64,000 nucleotides of DNA from the human T2T-CHM13v2.0 reference genome, Homo sapiens, in assembly GCF_009914755.1 (NCBI RefSeq), contig NC_060935.1. One strand, 5' to 3'. Position 1 is the stretch's first letter, and every line of letters begins with the position of its first letter. The notes beneath the pieces are model-generated. The model ran no database searches and was not told where the DNA came from. It saw only the letters and a program-made list of their open reading frames with translations. The position numbers and the translations under genes are program-made. Shown here piece by piece: positions 15,110 through 30,030 of this stretch.

Positions 15110-15874
15110 AAGTGTGTGTATGTGTGATTCTGTGTATGTGTGTACAGTTCTGTGACACAGGGTTTTTTTTATTATTTAATAAATGTTTCAAGGACAAGGA
15201 TACTGTATTTTTTACAAGATCTTATGCCTCGCACACATTAAGTGCTCAGTAAATCCTTGTTGAATGAATGAAAGAGCAGTGAGGAAAATGCTCTTTGCTA
15301 GATTAAATGTGTGGATCAGAAGCAGCAGAGCTGTTTGCTTCCAGGCAACGGGAATGTGGTACCGTTGTGAATTATATTTATTGATAACTTAACTATGTGC
15401 CAGCTACTGTGTGAAGTATTTGCATGCATTTCTCATTTGAAACTGCAAATAGCCCCGTGAGGTAGGTACTATTATTATTCCTGTTTTACAGACAAGGCAG
15501 CTGAGGCTCAGAGGTTAATGTCTTGGTCACAGTAAGTGAGGGAGCTGGGATTGGAACTCAGCCTTCCAGAAGGAATACCTATGCCAGTTGCTCCGGAGGC
15601 TGCCTGGAATATCGCTGCCTCTTTCCGTGGCCTGATGTCTCAGGAGGAGGAGGAAGGATGTTCTTGCAGCCAGGCCAGGAGGAAAGTCCAAGGCTGTGAA
15701 GTCACTGCTCAGGTCACCGGTGAACCTTCCAGTAGAAGGGGAGAAGGCGAAGGGGTTGCCCTTCCTTGCCTGCAATAGACAATGAGGACGATCAAAGACA
15801 AGGATTGTTCTCTGCCCTGTACTTGAATTTGTCCTTTTCCTTTCGGTCTTAGAGCATGTTAAGAACTTGGTGGA

Positions 15875-15953
15875 ACAAACCTTCACGTTGTGCACATGTA
15901 CCCTAGAACTTAAAGTATAATAATAATAAAAAAAGAGGACAAAAAAGAAAAAA
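15875..15953 (+). mobile_element. Extremely 5'-truncated L1PA 3' tip
   Basis: ACAAACCTTCACGTTGTGCACATGTACCCTAGAACTTAAAGTATAATAA plus A tail. Perfect 14-bp TSD AAGAACTTGGTGGA (15861-15874, 15954-15967). Confidence 0.93.
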
Positions 15954-16020
15954 AAGAACTTGGTGGAGATATGAGAGCTTTGGGCCTTACGCTTCCTTCT
16001 TAGGTGCCTAAAACCTGAGG

Positions 16021-16200
16021 ATGCATGTATGTATGTGTCTACGTATATGTACGTGTATCAATGATGTACATGTGTATGTACATATGTGTGTACGGTATGC
16101 CTTGTATATGTGTATGTCTGTGTGGATGTGTGATATGTATATGCATATATGGTGTGTAGTGTGTGTGTGTATGTGTATGTATGGTGGTTGTGTGTGTCTG
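16021..16200. repeat. Degenerate (TG/TA/CA) alternating purine-pyrimidine tract
   Basis: ATGCATGTATGTATGTGTCTACGTATATGTACG... over about 180 bp. Confidence 0.85.
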
Positions 16201-17199
16201 TCCTTCAAGAGCAGCGTGAAGATCTGTTTCTCTGCAAAGCCCCCTCTGACCATGCCTTGGCAGTGCTGAGAGGTCTCAGCCTGGGCCTCGTTCCTTGACT
16301 GTGTGACTGCGGTTCCCAGCCTGTGCTGGGTGACTGATGTCTCTGCCTGCCTCCCCTAACACAGTGAGCCCCTGGAAAGAATGTCTTGTGTCATATTAGT
16401 TTTCCTTTCACATGCAACGGTATGTGGAATGGATGTTGAGTGTGTAGGTGAACAAATGAATGAACAAATGGATGGCCTCCATGCCACCACTGCCTATACT
16501 GACCTTGGTGAGCCCATCATCTACTCCTGATCACTCATGTCGGGGGCTTAATATCAAAGAGGCTGCCTTCCTATGGTTGGATCACCCGGATGGGACTTCA
16601 ATGCCAGAAATCCTTGGCATCCACGTGGACATGGGGAACATCAGTGTCCCTGTGCATGGTTGGTGTAGGTGATCTCCCCGTGCTCTCAGATCTGTTGAGG
16701 GACTGGGCTGGGCAGCCAGCTGTGGTCTGGAAGCACCTTTCTTCTGTGGTTCCTGAGAGTTCCCTATCTGGCGCCCGCCTTCACGTTCCCTTGCCTGCTG
16801 GCTGGGTCGGCTGGAAAACGAAAGCATTGGGAAGTTGCTCTTCCCTGTGGTTAATGTGTTCCATGCCCGCTGTGTCCCCCTGCACTCAAGTTCCGGGCAA
16901 TTACCCTCCTGCCGGGTTTTGTTGCTGAGCACAGCAGGTGGGCCTTGTTTGTAATTCACTTGCACCATTAACGCTGGGTTAGCACCAGAAGGGCGACTGA
17001 TCCATTCAGTGCCCCCAGCCCCAGATGCCATTCCATAGCAGGGATGTTAGTTGACTTTGGGGGTCCAACTGATTGTCGATTAAGGCATTTGAGAGGCTTA
17101 ATCCATTGGCTGTCACAAAGTACTCAAAATCATCCACACTAATGGAAAATCTGTACCTAAATACCAGTCTCCCCAAATCATGGTGATTTGGCTTTGGAC

Positions 17200-17400
17200 A
17201 ATAATAGCAATAATCACAATAACAGCTGTCAAACATTGAGCACTTGCTATTTGCAGGCATACTGCTAAGATCGCAGCTAATATTTGACAGCAACCTTAGG
17301 AATGTCTAGCATTTTCTCCACTTTGTGAATGGGGAAACTGAGGTTTTGAGAGGTTAATCACTTGTCCCAAGTCACATGACTGGTAGGTAGCGGCACCCAG
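17200..17400 (-). mobile_element. MIR SINE
   Basis: CATTGAGCACTTGCTA...GGGGAAACTGAGGTTTTGAGAGGTTAATCACTTGTCCCAAGTCAC. Confidence 0.75.
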
Positions 17401-20400
17401 GCTCTGGGAGCTCTGTTTAAAACAGATGCAGAGCTTGTGCGGATAACCACTCCCTTGTACTGCCTCCTTCTGGGAGTTTTGTGAAGTTTTGTGAGTGGAG
17501 GGAGTGGGGGGACATCTCCAGCTTGCCATCCTAATTATTTTTTTTGCTAGCATTGATATTAAGATGAGTCACTGAGTAGGGGAAAGATGAATAGGATTAA
17601 AACATCCTCTGTAGGTTCACTTTTATTAATTAATCAATCATACACTTATTGAGCTCCAACTAGGTGGAAAACATTGTCCTAGGTGTTTTGAAGAAAACAA
17701 AGATAAATCATTCATCTGTTCAATAAATCTGAGAGATAGGGAGTCAGACATATCCTAGAACATAAGATGGGGGATGAATTGGTAGGGCGCGTTGGAAGAA
17801 GAATGCTAGGAACTAACCAACCACAGGGGTCTGATTTAGAAGAAAACCTTCCTTAATTCTCACTGCATGTTATCAAACCATTTTTCACATGTAACATCCC
17901 TGATCATTGAACAGCCTGGTGAAGTAGGCAGGGCAGGTAGTATGTCTCCTATTTTATGGGAAAGTAAGGCACAGAGAGATTCAAGGATCTGACCACAGTT
18001 ACCCAGGGAACAAGTGGCAAAACCAGGTTTGAACACAGGCCTTCTGACTCCAAGTCCAGACCCTTTACTACAAAGATACTTTCATTAGAGCCTAACATTT
18101 GGGGATGAGCGGATCCAGACTCATCAGTGTGTCTGATGTCCCACATCCTACAGAGACTGGCTCTGGACCTGCCAGGGCTCTGCTTCCCTTGGAGAACCAC
18201 CATACGCTCCTACCCAACGCATAGCTGCTTGGAAATTTTCTTTTCCAGTTTGTGGGAAAATGTCTGTGCTCTGATGTTCCAGTGGAATCAGCCCAGTTTG
18301 CTTCAGGGTCAGTTTTCCCCACATTCACACTACCCCCAACATGTTGCTAGGTGTCTGTTAACTTCTCCAGGCCATCGGGCGCCCCTTGGTCCCATGGATT
18401 TTTTGAGAGCACAGCTCTGGTCCTGGCCCTCCCTTGCCCAGAAACTTTTAATGGCTATTTGTTGCCTGGAGGATAAAGTCCAAACTCCTTAACCATGGCA
18501 TTTGGGGCCTTCCAGAATCTGACTGCAATACTTACCCATCTCTGAGCCCCTCAGGAACAATGGGCTCCTGCCAGATTTGGTTTTTTCACCATCCTTCGAA
18601 CAGCCCTTGCTTGCTTTCCCCAGCACTTACCTGGAAGGTCTCTCCCCACCCGGCACATGCCTCGGGGCTCAGTGTGTGGCCCACATCTTCCAAGATTCTT
18701 GCTGCAACTGCAGGGGCGCAGGGACATTTTTCTGCCTGCCTTCCAGCACTGTTCCTTGTTTTGTGACAGAGGCCACCCTGACTTATGAAAGCGGCTTCGC
18801 TGTGGCCGGGCATGCTGAGTTCCCGCAGCCTGTTTTACTCTTCACACAAGGACATCCTACTTCTCCAGGGAGCTTCTTGAGGGAAGGCACCACATCGGAG
18901 GGTCCCGGTGGCCGCCAGTGCCCAGCATGGAGCTGGGTGGGTCCCAAGCATGTGGGTATGCTGGCGCAGTGCCATAGAGCTGTGAGATCTGCCCATGTGG
19001 CAGCCCCCTGTTGGAGGAGGTACAGTACCCACAGCCTTTTTCCCTCTTCTGGCCGCCGGAGCTGGGTTCTCGGGTGTATGTGCCCCCTCACCAAGGTCCC
19101 ATCCTTGTTGAGAGCAGGGATGACCCACTTGCTTAGCTAGGGAGGTTGAGGATTTCCTCAAGGCTGTCCTGTGACTATAGACCGGAGGGGGCTGAGCCTT
19201 CAGCCTCTGGACTTCTAAACCAGGGGCCGGAGACTAGCCTGACTTTGCCTGTGGTTTCTGTGACATCTCTAGGCCACTGGCAGAGGGAAGGTGATGGGCC
19301 CTAGACGGGCTCTCTTCTGTAAACTGTGTCAAATGCAGATGCCCAGGGCAGCCTCTGGATGGGGTGCCCTCTGCATGCCTGACCCCCTTAGGAGACTGAA
19401 CATAGTGGTTCCCCAGAGTTCCTCCTTCCCTGAGGGAGGGCCTGAGATCCAGCCAAGAACTAGAGCCAGGGATCTTTGAGGTGAGAATCATGGCTGTAGG
19501 CAGGTGAATACCAGCTGTGGAGGGGGTGATCCTGGTTGGAGGAGTGCAGGTCTTGGGGTGAACTCCCAGGCTCAGCACTGAGCTCCAGCTTCTCTCTGGG
19601 CAGCCAGAGCATAGGCTGTGGAGGAATGTTCCAGAGAGGCCACCAGAGACCTAGGCAGGCCCAGCATTCACTGAACACTTGAACCTGGGCATAGGTGTAT
19701 TAGCCTCACTCTGCAGAGGGGGGATGCGGGCTAAGGGGGTTAAGGAACAGGCCCAGGTCTTGGAGCTAGGTATTGAGAGAGTCAGGATTCTTTATTGTGT
19801 TTGTAATTATTAACCAGACTTTTTAAGTGAAACAAACAAACAAACAAACAAACAGAAAAACCAGTCTAACCTCTCAGTTAAAAATGCAAACAATAGAGAA
19901 CACTTGAGAATGAAAAGCAAGTCTACTTCCTTCTCCGACTGGAGTCCTGTATCCCCTCTCTGGGGGCAGCCAGTCAGCAGCCAGTTTCTCCTCCCTTGGC
20001 CCCCGAGGGAGCCTGGTGCCAGGGCCTTGCCCCAAGCAGATGGGAGTCAGTGCTAACTGGGCTGATGGAAGGGGAGGGGTGGCATGGGCCCTGCATGTGC
20101 CCTTAGGCAATTCCGAGAGACTATTCTGAGCTTGGATGACTCTAGTGGCATAGGTCTCCGAACCTTCAGCAGGACACCGCTCACGTTGCTGGGGACCTAT
20201 CTAGCTCTGCTGCCCTCTGCCCCACACACCTGGGAGGGCTGAGGGGGGCTGATTCTGGGTTTCTCCAAGGAATGCGCACATCCAGAGATAGCTCCTTTCT
20301 CACCTGCTCTGGCTAAGACTGAAGAAAAAAAAAAAGATAGGGCCTACTTTCTGACGATGGTGGATAAGACAACAAAAAGCACTGATGTGCACCAGAAGTG

Positions 20401-21429
20401 GCCATGGACAGGACAGATGTAGTGGGGTCTCCACCTGGGCATGATGGAGCCAGGCCAAGGGACAGGAGCTCTGTGTCTGTGCCCAGCAGCTGTCAGCCTC
20501 AGGACTTCCTCTTTGTCACGAACAGCAGTTCCAGTGCTTTCCTCTGGCTTTGACCTGAGTACCGTCACCTGGGAGTCCAGCATAGCCCTCTCTGGCTTCA
20601 GGTGGTGGCATTGTGCCTGCATGGGTCATTACACAGCTGCCACCCATCCCACCCTCTTCTCCAGGCTGAGAAGCCCAGCTCTTCTCAGTCCTCCTTAGGG
20701 AAGGTTGCAGCACACACACCCTCACTGAAACACAGACAGTCATCTGCAGGACTGCTCATCTCCTCCCAAACACCCAGAGAGATGCCTAGCAGAGGAGAGA
20801 GGGTTATATTTATCTGGAGGTGATTAAAATGCTGTCCTTAAAAGTTGTTCTCTCCAAGTTGGTCTTCTCTCCTGCTCATTTGATTCCTCTGTGGGCACCC
20901 CTTCTGCCAGGTGTCTCTGCTCTAAGTGTGCTATAGGCGGCTTCAGAACTGAGCTGTTTTGTTTCAAAGCCTTGGCTCATGTGGTCTTTGCCAGGAGCGC
21001 ATGTCCCCCAGGGCCCAGCCTGGTGGCCTCAGATAAATGTCAGGGATATTTGTCACCATTCAGAGCCAGTCCTGCCCTTCCCATCCCACAGGTGGAAGCT
21101 CTGTGGGCCTCATCTTCCACCTCCCGTGGCTGGCAATGAGCTCTTCCTCCTCTCACCTCTGCCTACCTCCCTTTCAGTGTACTGGAGATGGGAGCTGCGG
21201 GCTCCTTGCCTTTTCTGTGAAGGATGCTGAGTCCAGTTCAGGGTTCATGGAGAAAATCGGCCCTCAATGCAGAGCCTTATCCTAGACCAAGGGGTGCAGA
21301 GGGAGAGGGGACAGGCTTTTGTACTTACGGATGCCACAGCTAATGAGGGAGACTGGAAATCAACAGAGTAGATATGCAGAAAAGAAGCTCTAGCTTTGTG
21401 GTTTCAGCAGACTCCCTGTGATTTCTGAA

Positions 21430-21770
21430 ACTCACTGTGCCATATCCCATCCTAGGCCTCTGCCCTCCTCATGTGTTGTTTTCTCCATCCTGGTCTCTTC
21501 CCTGCTCTTCGCATCCCCCCTCCCAGACCTGGCTAACTCAAGTCAAACATTTCATCCTTAGGGAGGTCTTCCCTCCCTGCTGCACCCTGAACCATCCTGT
21601 TCTTTTCCTTCACCGTCTGTAATTATGGCATCAAGACACCTGAATATCTGATTAGTGTCTCTTAATGTCCCAGACTGTAAGCTCTATGAAGGCAGGGACT
21701 GTATATATCCCAGGGCCTGGAAAATTACCTGCCATGCAGTAGACACTCAGTAGTATTCACTGAATAAAGT
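21430..21770 (+). mobile_element. L2 3' end
   Basis: CCAGACTGTAAGCTCTATGAAGGCAGGGACTG...CAGTAGACACTCAGTAGTATTCACTGAATAAA. Confidence 0.7.
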
Positions 21771-22999
21771 ATAAATGTATAGTGGCATTCGGTGTGTGTA
21801 CATGCTTTGACCGGTCTTGGGTATGGGAACAACATAGATCTTTTGGCCGCAAAAGCACTTTACTCACCTGCAAAGTAATTCTACTTCCATGATCTCATTG
21901 AATCCTATTAACAACCCAGTAAGGAAGATGATACAAATGTCATTTCCCACCTTACAGCAGAGGAAATGGAAGCCCCAAGAGGTTATGTGATGGGTCCAAG
22001 GTCACGCAGCCCTCTACTTCCAATCTGCCGATTTTTCTCCTCTGCCAGAAGGACTGACTTCTTCAGGGAAAGCTTTGGGAATGGGGTTGATCTGGACCTG
22101 CACTCTGCAGGTCAGAGGGCTGTGGATTAATACCAGCAAGCAGGCATGGGAGGCCATCCTATTGGGGAAAGATGAGGATGCCATCAGAGTGTCTGTGTAC
22201 AAGGGCTGGAAGGAAGCACTGAATGGGGTGGAGAGATGAAAGGCAGTTCCCATTTACTGACTGCATTATACTTGAGGTCTCTTGAAGCAACCTTTCCAGG
22301 GAGCTATTGTCTGCAGTTTTACAGTTGTGGAAATAAAGTTCTCAGAGATTAAGCAGCCAGCCCAAGGATGCATAGTGACAACTGGAATTGGAAGCCAGGG
22401 ATGTCTTATCATGTCTCTGGGGAGGGGCCATTGTTTAGAGGTGCATTAGGGGTCTGAAATCTGTGTGAAATGTAGAGAGGAAACAAGACTTGTAATTCCT
22501 CATTCCTCTTGCTCCTTATTGCCTGAGCATTTGGCATGACTGTCTGTAGTCCTGTGGCCTGGTTCCTACCATGTACCCACAGTTGTAGTGCTCAGGGAAC
22601 GTCCTCCCCTCAAGTTGGACCCGGGCTGGGTGGTCAGTGCCGCCACTGCTCTTCAGTTTATTTAGGTGAGTCAGACCAGGTCCAGCTCCCAGAGTGAATG
22701 CTCATTACCCCTGGCTAACCTGCTGTATCCTAACTCATCACAGACTCCTGGGAGCATCTCCTCATGGGAATTCCTAAAGGCCAGGGACACCTGGGCTGAT
22801 CTTTTGGCCAAAGGGTACTCCCAGATGCATTCTTCTGTTGCTGGCCCCCTTATTCAGCAAGATGTGCAGGTGACCTGCTTGCATTTAGCTTGACTTATTC
22901 TCCAACATTATTATGATCATCATAATCACATTCCTACATTTTCTCAAGTGCCAACTGCATGCTAGGTTCTGGGACATGCAGGGAAGGTGGGTGTAGTGA

Positions 23000-23225
23000 G
23001 TGATGGGTGAGAACAAGTTCCCAGAGCCAACGCCCAGTTCCTCCATTTCCCCGCTGAGTGACCTTGGCAAGTTACACAACCTCTCCGCCTTTGAGTTCCA
23101 GGTCTGCACGTGGGGAGGATGGCAGTTAGGATGGCAGTATCTGCTTCGCAGGGTTCTCCTGAGGAGTAAATGAGTCTGAAGTAGTACTTTGCATATAGTA
23201 AATATTCAATAAAGATTATATTATC
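23000..23225 (+). mobile_element. MIR SINE
   Basis: GCTGAGTGACCTTGGCAAGTTACACAACCTCTC...CATATAGTAAATATTCAATAAA. Confidence 0.7.
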
Positions 23226-24098
23226 ATAGAGTTCAGTTCTTACAACTGCAGAATTCCCAGAGCTTCTAAGAACCTTAGAGATCATCTAGTCTAATTCCCT
23301 CATTTTACAGAATGAGAGACTGCAGCTCAGAGAGTTGACTCCCAGAGCTGGTGAGCACCCAGGTTCCTGATTCCTGGGATAGTCTTGCATCCTGGCATCT
23401 CCCCATTTGTTGTCAGGGAGAGAGGACACCTAGAAAGTGCTGCCCAACTGCATTAGGCCACAAGGGTTGATTCTCCCTCAAGGAGGCCACAGAGGCTGGA
23501 GCAGACTCACTCCCCTGTCATGGCCACCCCCTACCCCTGCACACTCCATCCAGGCTGCTGGCTGCCACTTGGAGTTTCTCCCAGCCAGTGGGGGAGTCAG
23601 GACAGCAGAGAAGTTCACATCCATTTTTTTTTTTGAGGAGCCTGGAGCATCAGGAAGAGTAATCAAGATCTTGTTGCCCACAGCGGGGAAAAAAGCTGTC
23701 ATTAATCTGACTGCCCCTCTGATCCCCTCTACCCTTCCTGCCGCCCCACAGAGACTGGTGGCTATCAGCCTCCTCTCTGACCCACCTCAGAAAATCACAA
23801 TTAATGATGTAGTAGCCCTGTGAGGATGAGAGAGACCAGCGGAGGGACTGCTGACAAGTCAGGAGAGGAGAGGCTATTTGCACAACTGGGCCGATGGAGT
23901 CCAGACAGCATGTGCACAGCCAGAATACCATGAGCTGTCTGCAGGTGGTGCCTGTCTGTGCTTATGAACTGGCTGCTGCTCATGAATCAGCAAACATTTA
24001 TTAAACTTCTAGTCAGTATGGACATAATAGCAGGTGTGGCAGGTGATACATGCCCCAAAGAGATGTTCCCCTGCTTTAAAAAATGCAAAGTGAAATAG

Positions 24099-24235
24099 CC
24101 ATTCATTCATTCATTCATGCATGCATGCATTTGACAGTATTTATGTGTAGCTGCTGCATGCCAGGCACTGTCCAAGGTGCTGAAGGTGAATAAGCATGTT
24201 AAAGCTCCTGCCCTCATGGGGCTTGTATTCAAAGT
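24099..24235 (-). mobile_element. L2 3' tail with (ATTC)n(ATGC)n
   Basis: CCATTCATTCATTCATTCATGCATGCATGCATTTGACAGTATTTATG...TGCCAGGCACTG...CCTGCCCTCATGG. Confidence 0.75.
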
Positions 24236-24694
24236 ACAAGCATGGAACCAGGGGGCCAGTCTCTTTCCATTGAGAGAGATGTTAGAGGATCTTCTAGGTT
24301 GAGAAAATGGATCCAGTCTTGCAGTTGTAAAAAAGTGGAAATGAGTTTCCCCTTATGGGAAAAGAGGAGACACTGATTTTTTGGTGTTAAGGTAAGGACA
24401 CATCCTGGGCAGGTAAATGGTTAAGCAGAGGTGAGAACTTGGAAGCCTCAGCTCTGAGTGCGGTGCTCACAGTGCATCTTTGAGGGCTTTGGGGGACAGC
24501 ATGTGAATAAATGGTGCCCCATGAGCTGCGGACAGTGAAGGCTGGAGGGTCAAAGGAGGAGAGCCTGCATGGGTAGAGAAATCATACCTAGATTGTAAAT
24601 TCCTCCTCTTCAGTGACACCAAATACCACTCACATGTAAATACTTGCAGTTGACAGAGTGTTTCCACATATGTTCTCTGATTGGACTCTTTTTT

Positions 24695-24800
24695 TATTCC
24701 AGCAGATACTTTCTGAGTGCCTACTATGTGCCAGCCTGTGCTAGGCACTGAGGACACAGGTGGAAAAGCCCGAATTGCTCCCTGCTCTCCTGGCGCTCAT
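24695..24800 (-). mobile_element. L2 3' end (antisense), exonised
   Basis: ATTCCAGCAGATACTTTCTGAGTGCCTACTATGTGCCAGC-CTGTGCTAGGCACTGAGGACACAG...TCCCTGCTCTC matches the reverse complement of the L2 tail. Confidence 0.85.
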
Positions 24801-24810
24801 CACCCCAGAG
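24703..24810 (+). other. GRIK4: GRIK4 upstream non-coding 5'UTR exon (108 nt), TE-derived
   Basis: Branch-like CTGAT (24677-24681), CTCTTTTTTTATTCCAG|CAG acceptor (NAGNAG) and donor CAGAG|GTAGGC at 24811. Size and ~6.5 kb spacing agree with my unverified recollection of the RefSeq structure. Confidence 0.8.
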
Positions 24811-24920
24811 GTAGGCACTGCCATTCCCATATTACTGGTGGAGGAAGAGGCAGGCTCTGAGGGGGGCAGCTGCTCAAGAGCATTCATTGTAAGGCCCAGA
24901 GCCAGATGGAGCCCAGCTTC
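24801..24920 (-). mobile_element. MIR fragment (antisense) supplying the exon donor site
   Basis: CACCCCAGAGGTAGGCACTGCCATTCCCATATTAC..GAGGAAGAGGCAGGCTCTGAG resembles the MIR core reverse complement (CCCTATGAGGTAGGTACTATTATCCCCATTTTACAGATGAGGAAACTGAGGC). Confidence 0.7.
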
Positions 24921-25366
24921 TGTCTAGTCTGGGCCTTCCCTTCCCTCTGCACTCAGGATCAGCAAGGCTCCTACCTGTTGGGTGTCGAGAACAGGGTTGT
25001 CAAATAGATGGGGAATTTCTGTTTTTGAACTGTCTGTCTTCCAAACTACCTAAAGTACGGGAATGAGGCCCAGCTCTGTCTAGGTGGGGACTGTCAGAGA
25101 CCCTCTGAGGTTGGAAGCTGTACTGACATACCTGCTTTCAACCTAAATTCTGCCAACACTGCTGAATTCAACTGTAGTCAAAGCAGGGGCCTGGGATTTG
25201 TGATTGCATATGGTTAGACACATACTTCAATTTGAACCCAGCACTGCTGTTTTTGTTGCGTGAGCTTGGATAAGTTACTGAGCCTTTCTGAGCCTCAGCT
25301 TCCTCATTTGTGAAATGGAGATGCAATGCCATCTTACAGGGTGAGTGCGTGGCCATGAAGAGTTAG

Positions 25367-25705
<339 letters not shown>

Positions 25706-26079
25706 TGAGCAGCAGTGCATAGCATCTTATCATGCAATCCTTATAGCAATTCCACGAGGGGACTATTAACATCCCCATATTACGAATGAAGAAGTCAAGG
25801 TTTAGAGATGTTAGCTGATTTGCCCAAGGTGTGCAGCTAGTACATGGCAGTGTAGGACTCAGCCCCATGTTCTTACCTGTGGCAGCCAGACCAAGCCCCA
25901 GGCACAGAATCAGAGGGCGGCACACATTTGTTTCCCTCCCCTTCTCGGCATATATTACTGTGATTCCCCTTGGCCTGCATCTGCTGCATTATGTCTGCTT
26001 AGGTTGTTTGTTTTAACTACAGTGAATATACAAAATGCACACACCAAACTGGGAATTTATTTCATATTGGCCCCGTCTG

Positions 26080-27050
26080 TTTATTTATTCATTCAGCCGA
26101 TATTATTGGAGCACCTACTATGTGCCAGATAGGGTGCTGGGTACTTGGTGCTCTCCAGACAGCATCGTTGTCATAGGTAGGATGTGTGTCCCAGTGAGGC
26201 ATGTTAGGGTATGGTGGCAGCAGATGGGGAGGGGATCACAGAAGCCTCGAGGGGAGCTGATGAGCTGAACCTGGAAAACACAGCTTGCAGTCCATCAGGG
26301 GATGGGACTGCATTCCAAGCAGAAGCACATGCAGGGGGCAGAGGGCACAGTGAAAACACACAACTTTTGTAGAGGAGTGGGGCTTTGGCTCTGCTGGGGC
26401 ATCAGGTGCCGTAGGGTACAGGGTAGGGACAGGTGAGCAAAGCCAGATCATGGGAGGGTTTATCCATTAGATTGAGGGGATTGCCCTGATCTCCTGTGCA
26501 ATGGAGAGCTCCCTAAGACTTCAGGGCAGGAGTGTGTCATTATCAAGTTTGTATTTCTGTAAGAAGCCCCTGGCTGCTCTATGGAGAACCAAATGGAGAG
26601 AGAAAGACCAGAGGATGGGGGCCCAATGAAGATGGTATTGCAGAGATCCAGGTTGTTGCTGACAAATGTCTGTGCTTGGACAGCCGGTGGTGGTGGAGAG
26701 AAAGGTGTGGTATTTAGGAGGCAGCGCTGTCAGGATCTGGGGACTTATTAAATGTGGGGGTGTGGGAACAGAGAAATCTAGGGTAACTCTCAGCCTTGTG
26801 GCTTGGGTGACTGGTGGATTGTGGTGTTACCTACTAAGAAGAGGAAGTAGGAGGAGGAGCAGGTGGCGGGCTTGGTGGAGACTACGCCTTCTTTTTAGGA
26901 CAAGGTGTTTGTGGCATGCTGTGGGATCCCCAGGTAGAGATGTCACCAGGCAGATGTGCGGTCATAAGTCTGGGCTTGAGCTGTAGATGTCAATGCCACA
27001 GCATGCAGGTGGAGGAGAATATACCATGGGCAGGGGAGAAACCCCCCATG
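26080..27050 (-). mobile_element. L2 (~1 kb degenerate 3' portion)
   Basis: TTATTCATTCAGCCGATATTATTGGAGCACCTACTATGTGCCAG tail, followed by purine-rich L2 body motifs. Confidence 0.7.
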
Positions 27051-27535
27051 GAGGGTAATGGTCGTGGAAAGAGCAACCTGGTGCTCTAACTTCAGGATAA
27101 GTTCTTTTTTCGCCCCTGAATTATTAAAATATTTTCTGTTAATAAAGGATGCATTATTAGGTCCTAAGACTAGATTTATCTGAATGTTAAGCTGAAAAGA
27201 AGACCCCAAATGTCTTTGTGTTTTTTGGTGAAGAATCTGAAAGCTTCATCTTTCTGCTCTGTAGCAGTTAAGATAGAAAAGCTAGTGGAGTGAGAGACCT
27301 GGTTAGCCTTGGCTCTACCTCCAGACAGTTATGCGACCTTCAGCTAGTCATGTATCTTTTCTTGGGCACAGCTTCCTCATCTGTAATAGAGCTTGTTCTG
27401 CGGTTTAACTATGATAAAGACTGTGCAAAGATTTTTGCAAGCCACTGAGCCTTACAGACATGCAACATGGTGGCTCTTTTCATTCTTGTAAGATTTAAGA
27501 GGAAATTATTTCTCATCACTGTGTCTAGGGGGTCA

Positions 27536-27979
<444 letters not shown>

Positions 27980-28849
27980 TTACACAGGGTAATCTGACAC
28001 CTATTTAGCAGTCTGCTTAATAATTATGGTGCAGCATGCTGATCAGGCATAAATGGAAGGCATTTGAGGTAAGTGATTGTATTTAGTAGTACTTTTATAT
28101 AGCCTAACTGGATTATTACAGTTTTTTTCTCCTTGTTCCACTCAACAAATATTTATCCACTCAACAAATATTTATTAAGGCCGTATAATATACCAGGCAC
28201 TGTTCTAGGCCCTGGGGATATAGTCCAAACAAGATTCCTGTCCTTGCCCCACCTCTATTGAGCTTAAATTCTAGTAGGGAGACAGAAAATCACTGAATAA
28301 TCAACTTTATCCATAATAAGTAAGAATGTCTAGCTTCTCCTAAGACTGTGTTTGCTTTAATCTGTCCCTGCACCAACACCCATGAATTAAAGAACAAAGA
28401 TTCTGGGCCTGATTTGCCAACAGTGGAGTTGCCTTCACCCCCATCCTTTACTCTTTATCTTCCTCTGTCTTCCTCTAGCAGGTGATTGCTTGAGGCCTTC
28501 CATTCATTGAACAAATATGTGCTGTGCACCTATTATGTATAAATAGACCCTGGGGATGCAACAGGAACCTGGACACAGTCCTTGCCCTTAAGGAGCACAT
28601 ACTGATCCCAGGCCTAGACGCATAAAGGCAACAGCAGAGGCAGGAAAAGTGCTGCTCTCAGAGCCATGCCTGGGTGCTGATGGCTCACAGAGAGAGGCCC
28701 CATTCTGGCCATGGCAGGGGTGAGCAGAGGGGTGTTCTTTGGGCAGAAGGGATGCCCTGTGCACAGGAAGTGACAAGGCTCTGCGTGTGGATGAAATGTT
28801 GAGTGTGTTGGGGGAGGCGGAGTGTCCCTGAACAAGATTTTTTTCTGAG

Positions 28850-30030
<1,181 letters not shown>

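Noticed and set aside
20164-20182. REST/NRSE-like half sites (TTCAGCA-GGACAC; also 63262-63275)
   Set aside because: Spacing and right half do not fit the RE1 consensus, so this is too weak to call.
28138-28175. Short tandem duplication TCCACTCAACAAATATTTA x2
   Set aside because: A local slippage duplicate at an L2 tail; common and unremarkable.
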